A stretch of DNA of 64,000 bases from Squalus acanthias (lineage: Eukaryota), in assembly GCA_030390025.1 (NCBI GenBank), contig CM059431.1:105588001-105652000 (forward strand), given 5' to 3'. The notes below the pieces were generated by a model that was not told the origin of the DNA, ran no database searches, and worked only from the letters and a program-made list of their open reading frames with translations. The first letter of the stretch is position 1, and each line of letters begins with the position of its first letter. Below, in pieces: positions 1 to 12,315 of this stretch. The position numbers and the translations under genes were made by a program.

Positions 1-434
1 TACCCAAAACTCCTTCACACAACGTTGAATCTCTCCAGAAGTCTCTCCCTCTCTCTCTCAGAATGCGTAGTTCAAAAATGCCACCAACAATAAAAGACAG
101 GAAGAGGCCCCCTTTAAATAGCGCCCCCCCCCCCCAGCCCCACAGCGATTGATAGCGTTCCAGTCTTCTGGTCGTTGGAAGCGCCAGGCAGTAAGGCAGG
201 GGGCGCCACTCAATTTCCACTACGGGGCGCCACAAGGGCGTTGCACCATGGAATGTCGTCACAATCTGCGTGCGCAGGTGGTCGCAGCGGTAAGTTTTAG
301 CGCCGCCGCACAATCTCAAGTTAAGTTCTCGAGCGGCGCAAACATCGCTGCGCCCGGGCGTTAGCGGCTTTGCGCCCCATTAGCGCCCTCTTAAGGCGCT
401 AACAGGAGGCGCAACCAAGTGAATTTTTACCCCT
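1..434 (+). mobile_element. GC-rich MITE, right part (same family as 44406-45298 and 53923-54809)
   Basis: Starts tacccaaaactccttcacac, as seen at about 54388 and in reverse at about 44815-44835; ends in TIR-like gaatttttacccc. Confidence 0.75.
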
Positions 435-699
435 TTATCCCTTAGTCGGTGCAGTTTTTCTTGACCTGGGTCATGTTAAGGTAAAAACCTATTGCAGGAT
501 TATAGAGGGGAGAGTTAGCGAGAGTTGATGAAAATGCACACAACCTGTTGTTTAACCGAACACAGCACAGGAGGAGGCGATCTGCCCCTTCACGTCTGTT
601 CTAGATATTGCTACAGCCATCCAACACACAGGAAATAGTATTTCTGGGAACAAGGTGGGGTTTCATTCATGTGCAATACTTATGCAGGGGCTGAAGCTG

Positions 700-1660
700 A
701 GATTAATGGAAACACTCATCAATGAGTGCCTGCTCCACCATATTTCTTGGCTGCACCGCTGCTTCCTTCATTGCCTCCTCTTCCTCGGCCTTCTCTTCTG
801 CTGCTGCATTAGGGACCTCCTCTTGGTCCTGCTATATGCTTACTCGTATATGTGTTGCCAAGATATACAGCAGACAGCGATTATTTTGGACAGCTTCCTT
901 GGACTAAAGAGAAGCAGCTTGACCAAAGCCGTCCAAAAAGTGGGATCTTCAATTAGGTTCCCCAATAGCGTGCTCTAGAATAATTCAGCTTGATTTATGC
1001 GCCTCATTGTGTTAAACCGAGGTCCCATTTGCTCTCTCAGGTGGATGTAAAAGATCCCCTTGGCATTATTTCGAAGATAAACAGGGGAGCTCTCCCCAGT
1101 GTCCTGGGCCAACATTTATCCCTCAATCAACATCACTAAAAAAAATTATCCGGTCATTAACACATTACTGTTTGTGGGAGCTTACTGTGTGCAAATTGGC
1201 TGCCATGTTTCCCACATTACAACAGTGACCACATTTCAAAAGTACTTCATTGGCTGTAAGGCGCTTTGGGATGTCCGGTGGTCATGAAATGGCGCTATAT
1301 AAATGCAAGTCTTTCTTTCTCACTGCTGTTCGGGGATTTTTTTTTTTATGGGGTCATCAGGCATGGCTGCAAAGGACAGCCCTGATCTTCCAGCAGCTAT
1401 CATTTCAGTCTATTTGAAGCTCCAGATAATGCAGGCATCGTGACCACAGCATTATGCAAGCGGTCAAAACCTTCCAAGCCACCACAGGGAATAGCGACCA
1501 CCTGAATGTTTATTAGAATGGAAGCGCTTCCTGTTTTCACAGGCAAAGGGGTTGATGTGAAGAACCCTGATGCTTGCATGGGTGCGATTGTCCATGCCCA
1601 GGACCCTTGGCCATCCTGCCACCCAGTAGACATCTTGTATCCTGTCCCGATGATGCCTCC
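700..1660 (-). pseudogene. Highly decayed PIF/Harbinger DDE transposase remnant, interrupted by a SINE
   Basis: Minus-strand fragments VLGMDNRTHA (cf. GAIDCTH), NRKRFHS..NIQVV, GHDACII (cf. GSCHDAFIL), HNEAH..IILEHAIG, SKIIAVCC, then an acidic tail; the order is collinear with Harbinger transposases. Confidence 0.65.
1012..1320 (+). mobile_element. Deu-domain SINE, 5'-truncated
   Basis: Matches the core and tail of the full copy at 43251-43722. Confidence 0.8.
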
Positions 1661-2227
1661 TTTACACAAGTCAAGTGATGACGTGGTTGCCCCTCGCAAA
1701 TATAGTGGGCTGGAATTTCCTCGATACAACTTACACCAAAATTAGACTCAAATTTACTCCAGTTTCTACGTGAACTTTGCAGACAGCAACTTACACCGAA
1801 ATTTCCTGAGAATCTCATTAGCATCTTCCATAACCCAAAAACCAGCGTCGAACAAATGCTAATCAGTGTAAACAATCTAGAGCCCAAGGGAAGTGTGGAA
1901 CATGCACCATCTTCCCTCTCTAAGTCCCTCTTTATCTTATTGATGTTATGAAAATTAAAGCTTGAAGCCATTAAACCATCATTTATGTATATTAAGCAAA
2001 GCATGTTTCAGAAAATGCAATTGTGGAACCACTTCACTGTTAAATGCAACAGATTCTGATGCCATAAAAAGTATTCAAAGGTGTGGGAAATATAGTGGAG
2101 GTCTTACAAAGGAGAAATTAAATAAAAATGCTAAAAAATATATATAAAATTATTGAACACCAGAAATAGCAACTTTGGCTCGCGCTGCCTAATATCATTG
2201 GTGTAAATTTACACTTTTTTAAAATTA

Positions 2228-4226
2228 GCTTATGGGATGCGGGAGTCGCTGCCAAAGTCAGTATTTATTGCCCATCCCGAATTGCCCTGGAGAAGGTGGT
2301 GGTGAGCCGCCGGTGTAGGAATATACTATATAAGGAACTCTACCTTATAAATTCTTTAAAACATGACAAACTGGGTTTTGAAATTTAGAAATATAAAATA
2401 AGGAACACCTGCCCTTCACACCGTTTTATATGGTGACCCCAGAACATCTGGAGATGAGACAAGATTCTGGAATATTACAAGCTGATGTGGCAGTAAGAGT
2501 TGCAGAGGTCGGCAGAAAATGAATAGGGATAATTAACTTGCATCAGCAGAAAACCTTAAAGGAAGTACAACTTAAAAGGGTATAAATATTGAAGTTTCAA
2601 ACGAGATAGCAGACTCGCTTTAATCGGGCAAAGCGATTCTCGACCACAGAGGCGGCTCTGTGGTCTCCAACTCTTTGTACCTTGGGGATCAAAGGTATTT
2701 GATATTGATGGATATCCTGTATAGAAAACTTTAAGAACTGTAATACTGTAGCGAAGTTAAGATTTAAAAGTAAGATTCTCTGTTAATAAGATAGTATTTT
2801 TTCTCTTTTTAGAACTGTTAACGTTGCGATTGACTGATTCACCAACTGTAAATTGCAAGTCGGTTCTTTCAATAAATCTATATATATATTTTTAGAATTG
2901 TCTCACATAAGTCTTCTGTATCAATAACACGTGCAATCAATCTCTGTACACTCTTTGGTGAAGAGTTACAGAATTCTGAAGGAGTTCTCCAGACCCTCAT
3001 AATATGCGGGACGTTACAGTCTAGCTAAACTTTATTAAAAGTGCTTTCTGGAGGACGGTAACATTTTCGGGTTGTTCCTTTCTTTTAGGGAGAGATAGCC
3101 CGGACCTTTAGACCCAATTAAGCGTCTTTAGGATTTGGCTACCTCAAACTTTAGTTGAAAGTGAACGTCTGAGAAATACGCCTAATCCGGGATAGCCCCA
3201 AAGGGGCTAGGACTAGTAAATATCCCTTCACATCTTATTGAACCGCTGCAGTCCATGTGGTGAAGGTACTCCCACAGTGCTGTTAGGGAGGGAGTTCCAG
3301 GATTTTGACCCAGTGACGATGAAGGAACAGCCGATATACTTCCAAGTCAGGATGGTGCATAACTTGGAGGGGAACTTGCAGGTAGTGGTGTTTCCATGCA
3401 CCTATTGCCCTTGTCCTTCGAGGTGGTAAAGGTCGCGGGTTTGGGAGGTGCTGCCAAAGAAGCCTTGGCGAGTTGCTGCAGTGCATCTTGTAGATGGTAC
3501 AGACTGCACCGGTGGTGGAGGGAGTGAATGCTTAAGGTGGTGCATGGGGTGCCAATCAAGCGGGTTTCTTTGTCCTGGATGGTGTCAAGCTTCTGGAGTG
3601 TTGTTGGAGCTGCACTCATCCAGGCAAGTGGAGAGTATTCCATCACACTCCTGACTTGTGCTTTGTAGATGGTGGAAAGGCTTTGGGGAGTCAGGAGGTG
3701 AGACACTCGCCGCAGAATACCCAGTCTCTGGCCTGCTCTTGTGGCCACTGTATTTATGTGGCTGGTCCAGTTAAGTTTCTGGTCAATGATGACCCCCAGG
3801 ATGTTGATGGTGGGGGATTCGGCTATGGTAATGCATTGAATGTCAAGGGGCGGTGGTTAGACACTCGCTTGTTGGAGATAGTCATTGCCTGGCACTTGTG
3901 TGGCGCAAATGTTACCTGCCACTTATCAGCCCAAGCCTGAATGTCGTCCTGAATGCGAATGGCACTGAACACTGTGCAGTCATCAGCCAACATCCCCATT
4001 TCTGACCTTATGATGGAGGGAAGGTCATTGATGAAGCAGCTGAAGGTGGTTGGGCCAAGGACACTGCCCTGAGGAACTCCTGCAGCGATGTCCTGGGGCT
4101 GTGATGATTGACCTTCAATCAGCACAACCATCTTCCTTTGTGCTAGATATGACTCCAGCCACTGGAGAGAGTTTTCCCCCCTGATTCCCATTGATTTCAG
4201 TTTTACTAGGGCTCCTTGATGCCACA
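2228..4226 (-). mobile_element. LINE (CR1/L2 group, second family), 3' portion with RT remnant, split by a foamy solo LTR
   Basis: [18 protein letters not shown] in ORF 3823-4227 and KAQVRSVMEYS in ORF 3347-3748; the sequence is continuous across 2311/3235 when compared with the copy near 10180. Confidence 0.85.
2312..3230 (+). mobile_element. Solo LTR of the endogenous foamy-like virus family
   Basis: Collinear with LTR 14645-15777; ends atatcccttCA; TATAAA at 2581 and AATAAA at 2871; no PBS follows; degenerate 4-bp TSD cgcc/catc. Confidence 0.9.
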
Positions 4227-4557
4227 CAAGCCTATGGGGCTTGAACCCAAACCTTCGGATTTAGAGGGGAGAGTACGACCACTCAGCCAAGCTGGCAGCG
4301 ATATTAACCTTTCGAACAGAAATGGAGCATTAAGAATTCAGCAGGCTCGATCAGTGAATTCGGGCTGTGTCCCTTTTATGTTGGTGAGGCGAGTGCCAGG
4401 GCAAGAACATGTAATTCGGTGTGCTTCCCGACTACCGTAATTAGCTGGTGGTCACCAATACTGCCTCCCCTTGCTGGATATTTACCTTTACCTTGAAATG
4501 GGGCTCATGGGTCTGCTTGATATTGTGACTCACATTTAACTCTTCCAAGTTCCACCC

Positions 4558-4882
4558 TGGCCTGTGCCAGCTCTTTGAAAGAGTGATCCAATTTGTCTCA
4601 CTCCCCCCCCCCCCCCGCCACTGCTCTTTCCCCATAGCTCTGCAAATTTTTCCCCCCTCAAGTATTTATCCAATTCCCTTTTGAAAGTTACTATTGAGTC
4701 TGCTTCCACCGCCCTTTCAGGCAGCGCATTCCAGGTCATAGCAACACGCTGCATAAAAAACATATTTCTTCATGTTGTCTCTGGTTCTTGTGCCAATTAC
4801 CTTTAAATCTGTGTCCTCTGGTTGCCGACCCTTCTGCCACTGGAAACAGTTTCTCCTTACTTACTCTATCAAAACCCTTCTT
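4558..4882 (-). mobile_element. CR1 LINE 3' fragment
   Basis: TRGHRFK and FFMQRVAMTWNALP, the CR1 ORF2 C-terminus. Confidence 0.8.
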
Positions 4883-5629
4883 AACTAAGCCTTGAAACCA
4901 CAACCTTCTGATTGAGAGGCAAGAGTGTGCTACAGAAAAAGCCAAGCTGACACCAAGGTCAGCCAACCTCAAAAACATATATTTTTCTGAAATATCAGAG
5001 CAAAATATTTCAAATAACTTTCACTTCCCCAAAATTGCTTATTAAATTATTGAAAAGGAATATTCTCCAGTTCTGGCATATCTGCACTTCGTAGACTTGC
5101 AAAGACACACATCCGCCAAATTCTGTCCACTTAATGTCTCTCCCTCATGGGCCAGCCACCAGTGCCTCTTCTCTTCAGACCTTCAATCCCAACAGCAAAC
5201 CGGGAGCTTAAATCTAGATAAAGCCTGTATAAATTATAGAACCATTTGATGGCTGTGCAAATTAATATCTATATTGACATTTTGTATACTCATTGCAAGG
5301 ATTGAAACAGCTTTTCTGTGTGCAAAGCATAACGTGGTTGAAACATTTATTTTGAAGCACTTGCTAAATAGTGCAGCTGCAAGTTGTGAACAGATGCAGC
5401 CAAAATAATTCAAATCGGTGTAAAATCGCAGTTTAGTCACTACCAGAATATCATAGCAAGACTGTACCAATCTCACAACAGAAGTAACTGATAAAAAAGT
5501 GGAACATCCGAGCTGGTGGGAAATGAAATCCATTCTCACTTTAAGCCCAGAGTACCTGCAGAGTAGATTCTTGTTAAATAATGTGCTTGCATAAGCTTTG
5601 AGAATATCAGAATTGAACTGCTTGAAATA

Positions 5630-6600
5630 TAACCATGATAGGAAAGATGTGATTGCAATAGTGAAGGTACAGAGATTTACAAGGACATTGCCAGGACTGG
5701 AGAATTTTAGCTATGAGAAAAGATTGGAAACGCTGGGGTTGTTTTCTTTGGAACAGTGGAGGCTTACGGGAGACTTGATTGAGGTGTATAAAATTATGAG
5801 GGGCCTAGATAGAGTGGATAGGAAGGACCTATTTTCCCTTAGCAGAGAGATCAATAACCAGGGGGCATAGATTTAAAGTAATTGGTAGAAGGATTAGAGG
5901 GGAGTTGAGGAGAACATTTTTCTCCCAGAGGGTGGTGGGGGGTCTGGAACTCACTGCCTGAAAGGGTGGTAGAGGCAGAAACCCTCATCACATTTAAAAA
6001 GACTTTGGATATGCACTTGAAGTGTCGTAATCTTCAAGGCTACGGACCAAGAGCTGGGAAGTGGGATTAGGCTGGATAGCTCTTTTTTGGCCGGCACAGA
6101 CATGATGGGCCAAAGATAGAAAGATAGAAAGTCTTGCATTTCTATAGCGCCTTTCATGATCACCAGATGGCCCAAAGCGCTTTACAGCCAATGAAGTATT
6201 TTTTTGAAGTGCGTTCACTGTTGTAATGTAGGAAAAGCAGCAGCCAATTTGCGCGCAGCAAACTCCCACAAACAGCAATGTGATAATGACCAGATTATCT
6301 GTTTTCGTGTTGTTGATTGAAGAATAAATACTGGCCAGGACAGCGGGAATAAACTCCCCTGCTCTTCTTCGAAATACTGCCATGAGATTTTTTTTAGGTC
6401 CACTTGAGAGAGCAGACGTGGCCTCAGTTTAACGTCTCATCCGAAAGACGGCACCTCTGACAGTGCAGCACTCCCTCATTACTGCACTGGGAGTGTCGGC
6501 CTAGATTTTGTGCGCTCAAGTCTATGGAGTGGGACTTGAACCCACGACCGTCTGACTCAAACGGCCTCCTTCTGTGCCGTAAATTTCTATGATTCAATGA
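5630..6600 (+). mobile_element. CR1 LINE 3' fragment interrupted by a SINE
   Basis: VQRFTRTLPGL..LGLFSLEQ..GDLIEVYKIM; the tail resumes at about 6560. Confidence 0.8.
6113..6560 (-). mobile_element. Deu-domain tRNA-derived SINE
   Basis: Reverse complement of the 43251-43722 family. Confidence 0.85.
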
Positions 6601-7653
6601 AAGAAAAGAAAGCAGCAAAATTCGAGGCTGCCTTCAAAACAAACAAATGCCACAATAACTTTTTAGATCACAAGTCACACATAACAGCGATTTCCCCAAC
6701 ATTAACTAGTAACAGTACATATCCTATAGGCATGTTAATCTAATATTCTGCTTGATAAAGCAAAGTATTTTAATAGCTCGCCCATCAAATATTGAAAAGC
6801 AATCTCAAAACTCTGCATCAGATAATTAGGTCTGATTATCTGTAGCAAGACAGCAGGGTAAACTGAAACATATGGCACATGCATGATTAATTCACTTATG
6901 AGGGGTTTATCAGGACTTTTAAACAGCTGCTGCAATGACAGATGAAACTCCCTTCATTACTGAACTTCATTCCAAGGTGTGAATTTTAATGAACAAAGAA
7001 CAGAATGTGAACTGTCAAAATTAGGTTCTGTAAATTGCTCTGAAGTAGGAGTCAGTATTCAACGGGTTTCGCACAGACCAAACTTTGCTTCAAAGCGCTA
7101 AGTCAATAAAGCTGCCCCTCAGCTTCAGGTCAACAATATTTTGGCCAAATCTGAATTTGGAATGCAAATCCCCAATTCGAGCAAGATTTTCGAATGGACC
7201 CCAGATGCAGACTTCTTCCTTTATCATCAGTTCCAGATTTTGAAGGCATTTGCGACCCAAGTATGGAACGGTTTCCCATTTTATTTAGCTGGTGTCAGCG
7301 TCCAGTATTCCCACGTCAGGCACAGCAATAAAACCCCTTCCAGCTCCTCGACCATCTCCAACCAACCTCATGCCTTACTTAAAGTCACAAATGAGAGCTG
7401 AATTTCTTTTTTTTTTTTTAAAGGTGATTCTTCTTCCATTTGCAACTATGAACAGTGCAAATTTAGTCAAATCGAGAGTAAATAAAACCTATCTTCATGC
7501 GTGCACAGCATGCTGCCATAGGAACAGATATGGCTTCATCAATATTTTGTTTTCATCTGATTTCTCCAACGTGTGAAGACAAGTGCGAGCGATGGTGAAT
7601 GCGACGGATCCGGTTAATGGAGACGCAAGGACAGCTAGAGGGCAGGATGCAGG

Positions 7654-8210
7654 ATGCCTTATCTGAGGAAGGATGTTCTTGCCATGGAAGGAGTTCAGCG
7701 AAGATTCACAAGGCTGATACCTGGGATGGCAGGAATGACTTATGAAGAGAGATTGGGTCGATTGGGCTTATACTCGCTGGAGTTTAGAAGAATGAGAGGG
7801 GATCTCATTGAAACTTATAAAATTCTGACAGGGCAGGACAGGACAGGACAGGACAAACTAGATGCAGGAAGGATGTTCCTGATGGTCGGGGAGTCCAGAA
7901 CCAGGGGTCACAGTCTAAGGATAAGGGGTAAGCCATTTAGGACAGAAATTAGGAGGAATTTCTTCACCCAGAGAGTGGTGAACCTGTGAAATTCTCTGCC
8001 ACAGAAGGCAGTTGAGGCCAATTCATTAAATAGATTCAAGAAGGAGTTGGATATATTTCTTAAGGCTAAAGGGATCAAGGGATATGGGGAGAAAGCAGGG
8101 ACAGGGTACTGAGTTTGGATGATCAGCCATGATCGCATTGAATGGCGGAGCAGGCTAGAGGGGCCGAATGGCCTACTCCTGCTCCTATCTTCTATGCTTC
8201 TATGATTCTA
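7654..8210 (+). mobile_element. CR1 LINE 3' fragment, same subfamily as the long copy
   Basis: Nearly identical to about 63215-63740; ctatg-type tail. Confidence 0.9.
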
Positions 8211-8311
8211 GGACGGCAATGACGAGTTATTTACGGCACTAATGAGAGCCATGCAACACTCTGCATCTTTTGTCTACATTGCACATGAAACCAGTCCACA
8301 GTGCAAAAGCA

Positions 8312-9678
8312 TAGGCCTGAAATTTCCTGGATCGCACTTACGCCACAATTTAAACTCGTGTCCGCGCCGATCTTGCCAAAGGAAGTTTAGTGCGGAAAAT
8401 TTCCTGCGTTTCTCATTTGCTTACCGGCGCAAATACCATGTGACCTATTGGGGGGTCCCGGGTATCATACTATAAGAGCACGGAACAGATGCTATCATTC
8501 TAAATGAGGCTAGGGAGTGGCAGGTAAATGGTAGACTGCTTTGTCTCTAATTCTTTTTCTTTATAAATACCTTTATTCCGAGTGTTTCCAATAGATTTTT
8601 AATTTTCACAGAGAGAAATGAGCAGCCAGGAGACACCAAGCAGGAGGTGGGCCTGCAATTCCTGCCTAGAGGACACAGAGGCGAGGTGCGACTAGCTTCT
8701 GGGCTCCAGGTAGGCCAAGCCAGCCTGAATAATCAGTTGTGTGCAGGAATAAGGGGGCTCCCTTTGTGACCTCAAGAACAGCTTGGAAAAGTTTCAATGA
8801 CCTGACCAGGGCTGGGAAGGTAAGACACTCACTATGCTCTCCCTTTCTTCCTTGCCCACCATACTCCAGACTCTCTGAAACCAGTACTCACATAACTGGC
8901 ACAGCATATCACTTAAGATGGCCATTGGTTTCCTTTGTGAAGCACAGTCTTTGGAGGAATTGTTGCTCCATCAGATCTTGGCATGACATGTGCCACCTGT
9001 ACACTCTCTTGGAGGGGGGGGGGGGGTCTAGTAATCGCGAGTGGAATGCTGTTCCCTGCTGCCTCACTCTCAGGGCCTCTTGCCTCTGTTGCCCCTCTTC
9101 CTCTTCCACAATGATGCTGAAAAATAGTTTACCCATTGAGAAAGCCATTGCAGTGACTTGATCCTCCGAGAAGGTGGGGGGAGGGGAAGGGACAGGTGAC
9201 AGAGGTCCAAAAAATCTTGGGTTCAGAGACTGACGAGCACTTTTGTTAACTTTAGTGCAGGTTTCAGTGAAAAACTAAAATCACAAATAATTGCAAGAAA
9301 AATCGTAGTAAAACTGCAGAAATAAAGCTACGAATTTTGAGGCCTCTTCAAAGGCTGAAACTGCTCGATTACACCAATATAAAGAAAAGAAAAAACTTGT
9401 CATGAAAAGCACCTTATAAATGCCTCAGGAGGTCCCAAAGCACTTAACAGCCAATTAAGTACTTTTGAAATATAGTGTATATGTTGTAGTGTAAGACTAT
9501 AGGTCCTGCTGTGCCTCACTTGTTGGGAGTAAATTTATACCCTTTCAGAACTGGCATAAATGCAGGAAATTCAGATTCTCAGCTCTGCCCTATTCAGTAG
9601 GCCAATGTTAATGAGCTAAGTGGGGTTTCGACAGATGTAACTCAGGAGTGGAGTGGATGAGCGAGGAAATTTACGCCG
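8312..9678. mobile_element. Decayed PIF/Harbinger element with Myb/SANT-like (+) and transposase N-terminal (-) remnants
   Basis: KSFNDLTRAGK on + at about 8790-8820; KRVYRWHMSCQDLMEQQFLQRLCFTKET on -; imperfect TIRs ggcctgaaatttcct / aggaaatttacgcc. Confidence 0.5.
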
Positions 9679-10099
9679 TAGTTATGCCAAAACTTTCCAG
9701 GAAGTTCCATAGCTTCACAAACAACAGATGGCACATCCAAATTGTTCGATCCAGATTCTGGGTTTGAACATGAATGAGGAACGGGAGCTAACTATACTTC
9801 TGTGAAATTTCAATTGGCCACATCACGCATCATTGTCGTGTGCGTGTGTTGTGGATCTGAACCCATTAAAAACTAGATTCAAACTGGGTTACTTCAGCTA
9901 ATAACCACCATAAGTAAGATGAAATTTTCATAGGTCTGGACTGAAATCCAAGCTCCAAAATGTGAAAGCACAGTCCATACTGCCAATCCCACCCAGTGCT
10001 CAGAGCAAATGTTGATGGGACAGGGAAATAATTGAGGTCTAGTCTGAACTAAATCAACTGTTTATTTCATCCTTTGTTTTTATTTATTTATTTATTTAT

Positions 10100-10535
10100 T
10101 TATTCACGGGATGTCGGCATCACTGGCAAGGCCAACATTTATTGCCCATCCCTAATTGTCCTTGAGAAGGTGGTGGTGAGCCGCCTTCTTGAACCGCTGC
10201 AGTCCGTGTGGTGAAGGTGCTCCCAGTGTGCTGTTTTGTTGGGAGTTCCAGGATTTTGACTCAGCGACGATGAAGGATCGGCGATATATTTCCAAGTCAG
10301 GAGAGTGTGTGACTTGGAGGGGAACTTGGAGGTGGCGGTGTTCCCATGCACCTGCTGCCCTTGTCCTTCTAGGTGGAAGAGGTCGCGGGTTTGGGAGGTG
10401 CTGTCGAAGAAGCCTTGGCGAGTTGCTGCAATGCATCTTGTAGACGGTACACACTGCAGCCATAGTACGCCGGTGGTGGAGGGAGTGAATGTTTAAGGTG
10501 GTGGATGGGGTCCCAATCAAGCGAGCTGCTTTATC
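10100..10535 (-). mobile_element. LINE second family, 3' fragment
   Basis: Homologous to 2228-3570 without the LTR, so it provides the empty-site sequence. Confidence 0.85.
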
Positions 10536-11009
10536 TTGGGGTGGGGGGGGGGGGGGGGGCTGGTGGTGAAAGGGAGGGCAGGGAACGGGCCTTAACCTCT
10601 CCTACTACATGGTCACTAAAACGTTTACAATGTAGTGTGCTGTTACATACAGGAACCGAAAAAACATTCTCTGTTGCAATTGATTTCAAAAGAAGCAATT
10701 ATTGCACATGAAGAACTCACTGATGGGAACTGGATAGATGTGGGTTAGATTTCTTGGAAGAGAAAGACCTCATAACTCATCAATGACAAGGTAGATATTA
10801 TTAGGCAGGGAAATCAGACATTTGTCAGTTTAACAGAGCCATAATTGCCTGATTTGTTTTTATAGGTACTTACTCCAGCCTTTGGGTCACAGTTCTTTAG
10901 ATTAGAATCATTCTTCCACTGCATCATTAAACTTCATATAATACAAATGAGTTTTGCCCAGTTCCCCCCCCCCATACAGCCTGTGTAAAATCTACTTTAT
11001 CAAAATTTT

Positions 11010-11720
11010 GGAAAAGAAAGAAAGACTTTCACGACCACCGGACGTCCTAAAGCGCTTTACAGCCGATGAAGTACTTTTGAAGTGCAGTCACTGTTGTAAT
11101 GTAGGAAACGCAGCAGCCAATTTGCGCACAGCAAGCTCCCACAAACAGCAATGTGATAATGACCAGATAATCTGTTTTTGTTATGTGGATTGAGGGATAA
11201 ATATTGTTGCAAGGCAAGGCCACTGAAGCTGTGTTTCTGAAGAGAGAAGGGACTGTAGGCTATGGTGAAAAGGTGGGTTCGTTGTTTTGAGATCTATCAA
11301 AAGGGACAGACTTGTTGGGCCAAATAGCCATTTGCTTTCCTGAAATTCTTATCTTCTTACAAAATCTGCAGCCATATTAATATCTAATGGATATGACCAG
11401 CAAAGAGAAACTACTAACAAAAGCTATTTTTTTGTGATGTTGATTGAGGGATAAATATTGGCCAGGACACCAGGGATAACTCCCCTGCTATTCTTCGAAA
11501 TAGTGCCATGGGATCTTTTACATCCACCTGAGAGAGCAGACGGGGACTCAGTTTAACGTCTCATCTGAAAGACTGCACCTCTGACAGTGCAGCACTCCCT
11601 CAGCACTGCACTGGAGTGTCAGCCTAGATTTATGTGCTCAAGTCCCTGGAGTGGGACTTGAACCCACAACCTTCTGACTCAGAGGCAAGTGTGCTACCCA
11701 CTGAGCCACAGCTGACACTA
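11010..11720 (-). mobile_element. Deu-domain SINE, in two pieces
   Basis: tRNA-like head at about 11640-11718; core and tail present. Confidence 0.8.
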
Positions 11721-12315
11721 ATAATAGAAGATAATAAAATAGTTGGTTAAAGTTTTTCTGCATTTTTCATCTCATTCATCATGCTTGTACATTGGGTGTA
11801 GAGCAGAACTGTCTGATCCACAAATTATTCCAGAACTTGAATAAAACTGGGTGAGCCAAATAACATCAGCTCTCCTGCTCTCAGGAAGGAAGATTTCACT
11901 TCCTTAAGCATTCTCTCTCAGGCAGGGATGGTGGGCAGCACGAGGAGATCATTGAGAGGCGAAAGGGAGGATTTAAAATCAAGCCATCCAACTCCTATTT
12001 TTACTGATGACTCTTACATGCCAAACTATATTAAAACTGATTAAATCTTCACACTATTGGACACATCTTTGCACAAACTCCCAAGGAAATGAGGCAGATC
12101 CATTGGTCCCTTTCTAAGGCTGGTAGCAAATATTGGACATAATGGGGACTCGTCTAAACGCAAGACATTCGAACCTCTTACGGGAGTGACCATCACGGCT
12201 GCACCTGAGAATATTTAAGGCAAGACCTGGATTTGTAACACCAGATAAGTTGAGATCACTGCCTGTGACTCACTTCTAGCTATCTATTATTATCTATTAT
12301 TAAACCTGTCTGGTG

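Noticed and set aside
655..978. 107-aa hydrophobic ORF as a membrane protein
   Set aside because: It is the antisense reading of the purine-rich acidic tail of the Harbinger remnant
2611..2665. Foamy-type dumbbell miRNA cassette
   Set aside because: The stems are only 10-11 bp and lie downstream of the TATA box; known foamy miRNA cassettes are longer hairpins in U3
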